From Flectonema sp. DT1601 (Eukaryota), in NCBI GenBank assembly GCA_964019425.1, contig OZ025784.1, forward strand, positions 1,550,001 through 1,614,000: a stretch of DNA of 64,000 nucleotides, in the 5' to 3' direction. The first letter of the stretch is position 1, and the number at the start of each line of letters is the position of its first letter. Of this stretch, positions 48,669 through 59,800 are shown piece after piece. The translations under genes and the position numbers were made by a program. The notes below the pieces were generated by a model. It saw nothing but the letters and a program-made list of their open reading frames with translations, searched no databases and was not told the origin of the DNA.

Positions 48669-49235
48669 ATGTCTGCCATCGCCCCAGTCAAGAAGCCAGT
48701 CGCTGATGCCGGTGCCTCCGTATCACACAAGATCCGTATCACCCTTTCCAGCCGTAAGGTAAAGGCCTTGGAGGGAGTCTGCACCAAGCTTGTTAGCCGT
48801 GCCAACGAGGAGAACCTTAAGGTTAAGGTATGAGGATCTTTTTAATATTATTATTTGTGAGTAGGTAGTTGTTTTTTATAATACACGATTCCAACATCAT
48901 CAAAACAGGGACCAGTCCGTATCCCAACAAAGACCCTTCGTATCACCACCATGAAGTCGCCGTGTGGTGAGGGTACCATCACCTTTGACAGATACGAGAT
49001 GCGTGTACACAAGCGTGTCATCGACTTCATCGCTCCATCTGAGGTATGTTTATATCATTGATATTGATAGTGGTTCAAGTTGGTTGGATTTATTATTTAT
49101 TATCTGTTTTTGTTTGTTAAGGCAGTGACCTAAAATGACCTCAAAAACATAACACTCAAACAGGTAGTAAAGAAGATCACTTCCATCAACATCGAGGCCG
49201 GAGTTGATGTTGAAGTCACCGTTGCGGACATGTAA
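48669..49235 (+). CDS. RPS20: 40S ribosomal protein S20 (uS10), copy 1; exons 48669-48827, 48909-49043, 49164-49235
   Basis: Spliced 121-aa product: [19 protein letters not shown]...[40 protein letters not shown]...[11 protein letters not shown]. Confidence 0.97.
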
Positions 49236-49543
49236 GTTTTGTAGCTCCTTTCCCTCCTTTTCCCAATCGAATCATCATTTCGAAGTGTCGTTGGTGTGCT
49301 GAGCTACCAGTCCAGTCAATTAAAAGATGAATTATTTAACCGTTGACGTACATTGGTGAGGATCATTTCATTGCGAGATGAACTGAGTACCTCCTCCACT
49401 GTGAGGTGGTGATAATGTTCTTTATTGTTTTATTCATTCAGGATCTGAATACATGAATGGGTTATGAATAGTGTGAAAGAGTTAAACGTGAAGTGTTTCT
49501 TATGTTATTTAACCCCCAGCCATTGACCCATCTCTCAAACAAA

Positions 49544-50208
49544 ATGTCTGCCATCGCCCCAGTCAAGAAGCCAGTCGCTGATGCCGGTGCCTCCGTATCA
49601 CACAAGATCCGTATCACCCTTTCCAGCCGTAAGGTAAAGGCCTTGGAGGGAGTCTGCACCAAGCTTGTTAGCCGTGCCAACGAGGAGAACCTTAAGGTTA
49701 AGGTATGAGGATCTTTTTAATATTATTATTTGTGAGTAGGTAGTTGTTTTTTATAATACACGATTCCAACATCATCAAAACAGGGACCAGTCCGTATCCC
49801 AACAAAGACCCTTCGTATCACCACCATGAAGTCGCCGTGTGGTGAGGGTACCATCACCTTTGACAGATACGAGATGCGTGTACACAAGCGTGTCATCGAC
49901 TTCATCGCTCCATCTGAGGTATGTTTTTTATTGTTTGATGTGACGATATGCTGACCTCTTATCACGGTCCTTGAGTGGCTCGTAAAAACTGCCTGTGGAC
50001 TGCAACTGGACTGGTTGTTCGGACCAAGACAGCGATAAATTCCCGACAACATCTTCAGACAACCTCAGTGGCCATGTCTGCTGGCTTGTTGTTTCTGATG
50101 GTGTATCTTAATATAATTATAAAACAACACAAACAGGTCGTAAAGAAGATCACTTCCATCAACATCGAGGCCGGAGTTGATGTTGAAGTCACCGTTGCGG
50201 ACATGTAA
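49544..50208 (+). CDS. RPS20: 40S ribosomal protein S20 (uS10), copy 2; exons 49544-49702, 49784-49918, 50137-50208
   Basis: Same protein as copy 1; introns are 81 and 218 nt. Confidence 0.97.
49947..50104 (+). ncRNA. Candidate structured intronic RNA (two long hairpins) in intron 2 of RPS20 copy 2
   Basis: GC-richer than other introns. Hairpin 1 pairs gctg/cagc, tctt/aaga, ggtcc/ggacc and gagtggc/gttgttc. Hairpin 2 pairs cagacaac/gttgtttctg and cagtgg/ctgctg. Identity unknown. Confidence 0.4.
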
Positions 50209-50451
50209 ACAGTTGTCCTTGAGCAAAGATATCTTAGTCAATGAGGTCACATGAGGGCAAAAAAAAAAAAAAAAATCTATTATATTGCGCTACTTCATTG
50301 TTATCTCTTTTTTGTTCTCCTCCTTTCTAACAGAAAACATTAAATGAAAAATAGCAATCGCTGTAACGGACTGTGAGCAACTTGTGGAAGTTCGTTGTTC
50401 ATTTCTTACTTCTCCCCTCGCAGCTATTTTTTGCTTATCTCTTTGAATAAG

Positions 50452-50976
50452 ATGTCTGCCATCGCCCCAGTCAAGAAGCCAGTCGCTGATGCCGGTGCCT
50501 CCGTATCACACAAGATCCGTATCACCCTTTCTAGCCGTAAGGTAAAGGCCTTGGAGGGAGTCTGCACCAAGCTTGTTAGCCGTGCCAACGAGGAGAACCT
50601 TAAGGTTAAGGTATGAGGATCTTTTTAATATTATTATTTGTGAGTAGGTAGTTGTTTTTTATAATACACGATACCAACATCATCAAAACAGGGACCAGTC
50701 CGTATCCCAACAAAGACCCTTCGTATCACCACCATGAAGTCGCCGTGTGGTGAGGGTACCATCACCTTTGACAGATACGAGATGCGTGTACACAAGCGTG
50801 TCATCGACTTCATCGCTCCATCTGAGGTATGTTATTTGTTGATTTCCTATCTTGGTGTGGAATGAAGAGAAGGATTACCGAAAAAAAACATAACACTCAA
50901 ACAGGTCGTAAAGAAGATCACTTCCATCAACATCGAGGCCGGAGTTGATGTTGAAGTCACCGTTGCTGACATGTAA
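50452..50976 (+). CDS. RPS20: 40S ribosomal protein S20 (uS10), copy 3; exons 50452-50610, 50692-50826, 50905-50976
   Basis: Same protein with only synonymous differences; introns are 81 and 78 nt. Confidence 0.97.
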
Positions 50977-51306
50977 GCATCTGGCTAAGGACGTTGCCAA
51001 CAAAATCACTTCTATGTTTGGAGAGGCAGCTTTGGCAACATCGCGCAACTGAATCGTGTTTTAAGCAAAACTTATTCTTGTGATCCACCTTTGGATTCCA
51101 AGAAAAAAAAAAAAACCAAAAAAAAAAACTTTAAAAAAAAAAAAAATGAACAAAAAAAAAACAAAGGATAATAAAAACTAAAAAGTCTTTTTTTTTCAAA
51201 AAGCATATCACAGGGGGAGTACGGGAGAGCCCACTCCTTTTTTTTTTACATTACAACCAATACCAAAAACTTCATATATTTCTTTTTTTTTTGTTATTTC
51301 CAGCAG

Positions 51307-53407
51307 ATGAAGCCAACCCGAAGAACAGTATCTAATAGATGGTTGAAGGGTAAACAATTCCAACATCGAAGGTGGCTAAGTAATACCTTAGACCTCCTTC
51401 CGAAAACACCGTCGTTTGAGACGATTATTAAAGATGAAGAAGAGCAGGTGAAGTCTCCTGTAAGAAGAAGAATATCACAACTGGAGAGGATGGTATTATC
51501 TAATGAAAAGGTTTTAGTTGTTCATGACTTTTGGGAACCGACTGCTGAGGGTTATGCGGATTTAGTAATGAGGCAGTACCAGAAACAGATGGAGGAGGAG
51601 ACTTCAATAGCAGACAGGGATGATTCTGTTGCTCTCATAGATGATAATTACATTACTGAATATCCATCACAAGAAATCTTAACAGAAATTGATGACCTAG
51701 TAAAACGTGGATTACGCAGCATGATGTACTACCGAAGACGATATCAATTAACTGATTGGCCGTTCCAAGACTTTGCCTCTTGGTTAGAAGCAATTCATCC
51801 TCGAGAGGCAAATCCAAATATAGCTGTATCAAAAGTAATATCATGCAGGGAAGCATATCGTCTCTTTATTAGGGGTCATCGTCTTCCTATTCTGGATGTT
51901 GAAAAGTGCAGGAGGAAAGGAATCATGCGTAATTATTCATACAGACCATTGTATGATGTACCGATGCCACACCCTTCTGTTATCGCAATGTTTACTGAAA
52001 GAATGCAAGCAATGAAAAATTCTCAAAGGTTTGTTTTTTGGTCTACATAGTTTTATTATTTCACCTAATCAACAACTGCAAGGCATGGGGCGCTCAACTT
52101 CTTCTACTGTTTCCGCAAACTATCATCCCCTAACCAATAGTTACTTTAAAAGGCTAAGTTCAGCATCATCTGTATCCTTAACAGATATTAAATTATTGTT
52201 ATGTTAATGTGATACAAAACAGTTGTATATTTACGAATTCAAACATTCAACCCGCCCCAACCAACGGTAAACAAAATGAAATAAAATAAAATAGGATATC
52301 ACGAACACTTGAAGTTAACTGTGGATCTGGTGTTTTAACTCTACTAATGGCTAGGTGGGGAATTGGTAAAGAGTTCCTGGGAGTAACTGACAACGACATG
52401 AACACCCTCTCAGTTTGGAGTAATTTCAAAAGAATGTTTACTGACCAGGAACGAGAAGTAATTCGAATTGGAAAAACCGACGGTCTTCCAAAAGTATCCG
52501 ACTGCGGAGACGGAGATTATCATCTCATCGTGATGGATTGCACTACTAACAAAGAAACAATTGATCTCGTTGGGAAAACTGATACGTTCATGTCACCTAA
52601 TGGACGAATTGCAGTGTTCACACAGGGAAGGGAATCTCGTAATAAAATATTAAAAATAACCAACGCGATTGGAGCAAGTCTTGAAATTGAAGATGTCTTC
52701 CGTCAGGAATGGCATCCAGATGCTTCTCTTTCAAATCCAAAAGGAATCCTCCCCCCAGAAGACGATCATGAATTTATCTCAAAACTCCCTAATGAAGGAG
52801 CAGCTTATCTTAAAGAGGTAGCAAAACACCCTGATAAGAGACTGGCTCCTAAAATTAAAAAACCAATGCAATTACCCCCTGGAGCCATACGAAAAGAAGT
52901 CCGATTAAGAAGTATCCACGACAGGATAATGGGTAATAAATTTAAATCGGTATGGTTACAGTATTTATTTTATTTTTTTATAAATAATATGAAAATGAAA
53001 AAAAAAAAAAAAAAAACGTTAATAAAAAACAGCCGGGGAACACTTGGAGCAGCTTTAAAAGAAAACTGAGGTGGGGTCAGATTATCAGACTAAATAATAG
53101 CGATTACATACCTGAACCAATTGATGAAGAGGAGATAGCTTCTGAAAAAATAAAGTCTCGCGATCCATTAGAGAACAGTACTATGTTATTCATATTAAAG
53201 AAGACATGTGATAATGATTATCGATTAGTTGATCTTGGACAAGAACGATCATCGGTGCCATACGACGGTGCAGACGATCACCAATTTGACACGCAAATAG
53301 ATGCGATTAGCGGTGGTAAGGTCCGAGACTGGGACGACCCTTTCATGGACGATGGAATAGTTGATGCTGAAGACTTTGATGAAGACTTTGCATACTTCGA
53401 GCAGTAA
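51307..53407 (+). CDS. Class I SAM-dependent methyltransferase-like protein, probably mitochondrial, 583 aa; exons 51307-52028, 52295-52949, 53033-53407
   Basis: Introns 52029-52294 (GTTTGT..aaatAG) and 52950-53032 (GTATGG..aaacAG) join three ORFs in frame. Splicing exposes motif I (RTLEVNCGSGVLTL). The N-terminus MKPTRRTVSNRWLK is Arg-rich and presequence-like. Confidence 0.75.
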
Positions 53408-53677
53408 ACAATCAGAACTGTCATAATCAAACTAGAAGATATTTTATATCATTATTACGGTTTGTTAAAACATGTCGCGCGGATTCACCCCACGTGACAT
53501 ATAATTGTTGTCATTACGAGATGCAAGCATCAAACTATAATCCATTTGTATTTTATTATTTTTAGTTTTTTTTTTTTTTATCTTACAGGAGGAATATAAA
53601 CAGCCGGCAAATAAACAAAAAAAAGTTTTATTGTGTTTCTTTAATTTCGATAAACAAACAGTTAACACATCAAAATA

Positions 53678-54676
53678 ATGAAACCATTTGAGAAGATTGG
53701 ATGGTTGTCAACAATTTTAATCCTCGCGAGCATCTTATATATTCAAGCTACTAAAAAAACACCCAAATCAGAACATTTTACCATAAATCTGTCCTCTGAT
53801 GGAGGGTCTGTATTAAAGGGTAATAAAACCCCGCTTAAGACGAAAAAATTCAACCGTAAAGAAATAATTTTTTTCGATGAAATTGGACAAGACGATCCTC
53901 TGATGAGTGGGCAGTTGGAATTAAAAGACATGAAATATATGCATATACCAAAAACTACCGGAACTGTTGTGGAAAAACTCTTTAGAGAAAGATACAACTT
54001 ACGTGTTGGTAAGTTCAGTAAAAATCCAATAAGCCTTGCAGCTTCTCAAGGTGACTCTTTCCGAGTCACTCAGATGAGAGCCTCACACTGTTCTTTCTGG
54101 AACATCCCAACTAGAGCTATATTCAGAAGTGCTAACTCTACGAAGTTTTCGTGGGGTAAAAAGTGGCTCAGCGCACCAAAGTTCACAGTGGTACGACACC
54201 CAATTGAGAGACTTCTTGAAGAGTATAACTACATCCACACTCAGAAATGGGGTCGTAAAATTTTGTTTCAATTCTGTGAAACCTGTCCGAACACCAAACC
54301 TGAAACCATCTGCGACACTGAAATCTTCAACGACATCATAAATAACATGTTGGACGTGGCATTCAATAAGATTCCATGGCTTAGAGACTGTCACTATATT
54401 CCTCAAGTGAAGTACATTACAGATGAAACAGGACTACAACAAGTCGGATATGTCTTACGACATGAAGACTTAACTTCACAGATGATAACATTCCTTGAAA
54501 AGTTAGGCTACCCCATCACACCTGAAGAGATCACTAGATACGACAACAACAAACCTTCAGGATGTGTTGTAACTGAATCTCAGATCTCTAGAAAAACGAT
54601 GACTAAAATACTTCGTGTGTACAAACAAGACTTTGAAAGACTTCGATACAAAATCCCAAAGCTACCTGAGGAGTAG
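53678..54676 (+). CDS. Golgi-type (type II membrane) sulfotransferase, Sulfotransfer_2 family, paralog 1
   Basis: N-terminal TM helix, 5'-PSB motif YMHIPKTTGT, 3'-PB motif FTVVRHPIERLLEEY, then HYIPQ and VYKQDFERLRY. Confidence 0.88.
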   Translation: MKPFEKIGWLSTILILASILYIQATKKTPKSEHFTINLSSDGGSVLKGNKTPLKTKKFNRKEIIFFDEIGQDDPLMSGQLELKDMKYMHIPKTTGTVVEKLFRERYNLRVGKFSKNPISLAASQGDSFRVTQMRASHCSFWNIPTRAIFRSANSTKFSWGKKWLSAPKFTVVRHPIERLLEEYNYIHTQKWGRKILFQFCETCPNTKPETICDTEIFNDIINNMLDVAFNKIPWLRDCHYIPQVKYITDETGLQQVGYVLRHEDLTSQMITFLEKLGYPITPEEITRYDNNKPSGCVVTESQISRKTMTKILRVYKQDFERLRYKIPKLPEE

Positions 54677-55680
54677 AATAATAGAAACCAATCAAATCAA
54701 ATCCAAACAGACTCATTTACCAATACCAGTCTAATCATTTTTTTTTTGTAATAATATGTTCCTTACTCACGCCTTCACTGCTAACGCAAGTGTAGACTGT
54801 GATTTATTAAAAAAAAACTTACACACAAAAGTTGAGATTATTTTATTTTATTTTTTTTTGTTGAGGTAAAAAATCCAAAAAAAAAAAAAAATCATTTTGT
54901 ACCAAATTACAGATACTTACTATAACAGCAGAGAGGATCATCTCTCCGGCTCTTTGAGAATTCTATCCAGGTATGACTATGATTATCATGAGTGGGTTTT
55001 TGATTCAATAATATCTACAGCACACACTAGGATATTGTTATTCTTCAAGAAACCTGACTCAATAAGATCAACAAATAACTTTGGATACTCATCCTTTTAG
55101 AATGAATAGCGAGGTGGCGTCATACCTTCCTCAAACATTCGAATGGGCTGAGATTTTGTAGTTGCACTCCGATAATCTCAGCCATTATTTATTAGTTTGT
55201 CCTCTTACTGTTTTTTGTATTATATTATACAGAACCCATCAAGAACAAAATTTTATTTTTTTTAATGGGGTTCACTTGTCTTGTTTTTTTTTCTTTTTTT
55301 CTCATTTAATAAATCTCATATACACTTACTACTATTTTTTGCGTTTTTTTTGTGAAAAAAAACCAAACAATAACCAACCCTTCTTCTTATTATTATTATT
55401 TTCTTTCTTTATTTAGGAAGAAACACATGCTGATTGGATTTATATAGTGTAAATTAATAAGTTTTTTTATCTTTATTGTTATTAATTGACTACCTACAGA
55501 ATTTATCTGATTTATTAATTAACTAGAATGAAGTCCCTTAGAACTTACTGATGAAGGCCTAAAGAAGGACAAGTAGGTTCTCCGCGAGTGTATTATGGAA
55601 CAGCAGAACAATTTTTTTTTCTTTTTTTATAATAATAAACTCATATTCTATTCTATTCTACAGAATTAAAATTTAATTTC

Positions 55681-56667
55681 ATGAATCCGATGGAAAGGAC
55701 GGCTTGGCTAGTGACAATCGTCATCCTCTGTTGTGTTTTATATATTCAAAGTCGCGGTAAAACTCTTGGGTTTTACGAAGACGATGAGGATACGGTTGCT
55801 GCAGAGGTGCAATACAATGAAACACTTTTAAACAAGTCGATTGCTCCGATAGTTTTTTTCAACGAACTAAGCGATGACGACCCATTGTTGAATGATGAAC
55901 TGAAATTAGAAGATTTCGGATTCGTGCATGTACCAAAAACTGGAGGTACGTTTATTGAAAAAATGTTTCAAGAAAAATTAGATTTTGATGTTGGGATGTA
56001 CGGCAAGAATCCAATCACGACCGCTACTACTCAGGGTGATGAAGAGGGAGTAAAGGAACTGAACATGCGAAAATGTTCATTTTGGCATCTGCCAACCAGG
56101 ATAATTTCAAGAACAGCAAGCAAGACAACATTTCCATGGGGAGCCAAGTGGGTTAATCAACCAAAATTCACAGTAGTCAGAGACCCTCTCAAACGATTAA
56201 TCAGTGAATATAACTACGTTCATGCTCACGACTGGGGACGTCGAATTTTAATACGGTTCTGTTCTGTCTGTAAGATCTTAACACCACAAGATATGTGCAA
56301 ACCTGAAATTTTCAATGACATTGTTTATAATTTATTAGTTCAAGTATTCGACAAGAGGAGAATGAGAATATTAAATTGTCACTACTGCCCTCAAATTGAA
56401 TACCTCACAGACACTACAGGCAGTCAACACGTTCGATACGTTCTAAAACAGGAAAAGTTGACTGAACAAATGCTGTTATTCCTCGACAAACTAGGCCACA
56501 GTGTAACCAAAGAAGATATTTCGTCGTTCTCAAATAATCATAAAACACCTGAATGCACTGTGAGTGCTTCACAATTAACTAGACGTACATTAGAAAAAGT
56601 TATATCAGTGTACAGAGAAGACTTTGAAAGATTAAAGTACGATATTCCAGAATTACCTGAAGAATGA
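55681..56667 (+). CDS. Golgi-type sulfotransferase, Sulfotransfer_2 family, paralog 2
   Basis: N-terminal TM helix, FVHVPKTGGT, FTVVRDPLKRLISEY, HYCPQ and VYREDFERLKY. Colinear with paralog 1. Confidence 0.9.
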   Translation: MNPMERTAWLVTIVILCCVLYIQSRGKTLGFYEDDEDTVAAEVQYNETLLNKSIAPIVFFNELSDDDPLLNDELKLEDFGFVHVPKTGGTFIEKMFQEKLDFDVGMYGKNPITTATTQGDEEGVKELNMRKCSFWHLPTRIISRTASKTTFPWGAKWVNQPKFTVVRDPLKRLISEYNYVHAHDWGRRILIRFCSVCKILTPQDMCKPEIFNDIVYNLLVQVFDKRRMRILNCHYCPQIEYLTDTTGSQHVRYVLKQEKLTEQMLLFLDKLGHSVTKEDISSFSNNHKTPECTVSASQLTRRTLEKVISVYREDFERLKYDIPELPEE

Positions 56668-56739
56668 TCACTGAGTGAAATAAAAGAGTCACTATCTCTC
56701 TGAGTCAATTAATGAGACCAGTAGAATCTTACTTTCTTC

Positions 56740-56840
56740 GCTGAAGAGAGCTGGGTAAGGGGAATGGTCCGAAGAAAGCTTATTTGTTGTCCTACGGATT
56801 TTTTGCATTTTGTTTCATCCGATTGGCTGACAGCCTTTTT
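56740..56840. repeat. Dispersed repeat copy B (partner at 34983-35125)
   Basis: Same blocks as copy A, lacking about 30 nt of internal sequence. Confidence 0.75.
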
Positions 56841-59800
56841 AATAAATTTTATTAAAAAGCTAGTTTGATTTTTCAAAAAAAAAAAAAAAAAAAAACTTTT
56901 AAAAACTGGATTGAAGTTGAAATCTACGTATTCCACAGTGTTATATGGAACAGCAGAACAACGTGTTTTTATTTAACTTTTTTTTTTTTTTAAATTTTTT
57001 TAAAATTTTAATTTAGTGCACAATCTAATAACAAAACTCATATTTTAACAGTTACCGGAAGACACGTGTCCCCGTAATAAGAGATTATTCATTCCCCAAC
57101 GAAAGGCGAGCTCCTGAAGAAGAAACGCCCTATCTGGGAGACAACGTTTTTAAATAGTGGAAAGCATTGATTAGAGCTTTAAAGTAGTATTTTTAATGTG
57201 GAGAAAGTGTTTCTTATCAATCTTCAAATGTTCATTAAAATTATAATGTTTGACAGATGCCATGAAACAACGAGAACACTAATTGTTAACGATAGCCGTC
57301 CTCTAATAAGTGTATTACACTGTTGTTGTGAGTGTTTTGCAGGTTGTGTTTACGTCACCTCTGCATAGGAGGTACACCTTCCCATTGTGGTTCCCACCAA
57401 GACACATGTTTTGTTCTCTTTCCGGTGCACCTCTTTCCTTTTTTTGTTTATTCTGTTCCTGTGTTTATTTACTTTTTTCATTTTTATTTTAGTTTTTGTA
57501 TTTTAAGGAAACACGACAGTCTAGTTGAGGATGCCCGTGAGTGTCAGAAATGGTGGGTTTACGTACCTCCTGATAACAACCTACCGTAAGATAGCAGGAA
57601 GACGAGCAGCGGTCAAAGACTGCTTTAGCTCGATTACTCTTTCTTGCTGGAACAGGTTGCTCCTGGAGTGGGCGTATGCATATCAGACTCAATTGACGAC
57701 TTCAAAGGCCTGGTTTTCTTTTCAACTTAGGAAACTCTTTCCTCTACCCCCACCTCCCCGCCAAGTTTTTTTTTAAAAATTAACCTTCATTTGGCAAGTT
57801 TTGTGGTCCATTTCTTTTTTCCCCCCATTGAATCTCCTTTTTTTTTGTTGCATATTGTAGATAGTGTTACTTCAATCATTTATAACGGGGAGTTTTGGTT
57901 GTGAAATTAATTAGAAGAAAGTTGAGAGGGGGGAAAATATAAGAGTGAACGAATATTGACTAATTTCCTCTTTTTTTTCCTCTCTTTTTTTTTTTAATCC
58001 TTAGCTCCTTGAAAAAACAACATACAGGATTGGAGAATGTATCAAGGCAAATCAAATTAATTTCAAGAATCTTTTTTTTTCTCTTTTTTTTCTCCTACAT
58101 TTAACAAGTACTGTAAGAATTTTAGGTCCGGCGCAGTTATGACCCTTAAACTGACTGTCATCTTACCTGATCCTTTTGGTTTTCATTTCTTGCTGAGTGA
58201 TATGGCTATGTGCTGCCCAATCTTTTGTGGTACATTTCTAAAGCTTTTCGGTAAGCCCGCAGTACAATTGTAATGCTTTGGACAACTGGGGGTGAACGAT
58301 CCTCGGTACTGTTCCGGGGTTTTCTATTTTCTTTCGTGGAGTGTGGGCATATGGCACATGTGGTCGTATTATAAAGAAAGATGTATATGAAAGAAAGAAG
58401 ATTTTTTATTTTTTTTCACCTTCCCCCCCACTCCCAGATCATTTCTCTTTTATTTTCTTTAGTTGTTTACAACCTGTTAGCCTCTGGGCAAGGTGGAGGC
58501 TGGAAGTCGATCACTTCCAGCCAATACTATGAAACTACAATCTTCGCGATTGGGTCCTTACTGATGCTGGGTACCCAGACCCCTCGTCGTCATCAGTTTG
58601 TATTTTGCTAAAAAAAAAAAAAAAAAAAAAGAACGAAAAAGAATGTTAGGCAGCACACGTAAACCTCCTTTAGTATTTATTAGTTTTAAGTTTGTTCACG
58701 GTTTTCGTGCACGAACAAAAAACATCACAGTGTTATATTACTATTATTTTTGTATAGTTTTAGGTAAAGCCAAATTTCTTTTTAAACGTCCGGTAAAAAA
58801 GTTTTCTCCACTTCAGCTTTCGTGTTCTCTATTATGTATGCTTGCTGCTACAGCCAAGATTCTGCCCTCATTGCTGTTTGTATAGTGAGATGATGAGTTC
58901 CATGAAAAAAAAAGTGAAATTCGCAAATAAGAAAAAGCGAGGAAAAAGCTATGGTAGGGAAAACTTTTTAACGTGATCGTTTTAATTAAATTTGTTTTTA
59001 TTTATTTTCTGTATCTAAAAAAAAAGAATAAGGGATGAGGGTAACTAGACACTTATGAATTTTTTTTAAATTTCTTTTTTTTTAAAAGATAACTGAGCCG
59101 AGAAAACATAAAAGTGGGGATTGCGAACTAGAGAACCTTCTTCGGCACTTTAGAGCAGGTCTTTGAAAATTTTCACGGTTTTCAGATGAGGTTATGTCGC
59201 AGCTAAAAGGATGATTTTCATGAATTGTCCAGCATATCCTGCCCCATGAACTCCTTCTGACATGCTACGAAACTGCGTGCACTAGAGTCACCCATAAATA
59301 TGATCATATTAATGCTTTCCCAACTTCATTTATTGAATGAGTAGTGTTCGTAGGCTTTGTTATCGTTATCCCTCTCCCTCCTCGCTGCCGCTGACAGTCA
59401 AGATTGTCGGAGAAATTGTTATTCCTTTTGAGCTTGAAAATGCAGTATCAAATTACTCCCTCTCCATTATTGTTTATGATACGATGGGTTCGTGTTTTGT
59501 ACAAAATCGAATAGTTAACCCCCCCGCATCGTCGTTGTATATTTAATTATAGTGAGTAACTCTGTTAGGAGTGTGTTATCGCTTTTAGCAAAACTAATTA
59601 CTACTTGTGTATCTTTGGTTTTGGGTTTTCACCTGCGCAGCTAAATTAGTAAAAAAGATTTATAGTGTTTCACCTACACTGTCTGTGCCGGTGTTAGTCA
59701 AATCTTTTTTCCTGGTTAAAATTACGTCGTTGTACTTATTGAATAACTGTTACCCGCTTTCCCAGGAATTTGACTTTACTGATTTCACAAAAAAAGAAGA

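Noticed and set aside
13391..54406. Minus-strand and alternate-frame ORFs overlapping real genes (e.g. 27435-27836, 40254-40733)
   Set aside because: Shadow ORFs produced by codon bias or repeats of the + strand genes.
54897..55100. 67-codon TTG-start ORF between the sulfotransferases
   Set aside because: No ATG, no motif and no similarity to neighbouring genes.
55545..55585. CTGATGA hammerhead-like core (also at about 4840 and 60380)
   Set aside because: No correctly placed GAAA and no stems I-III.
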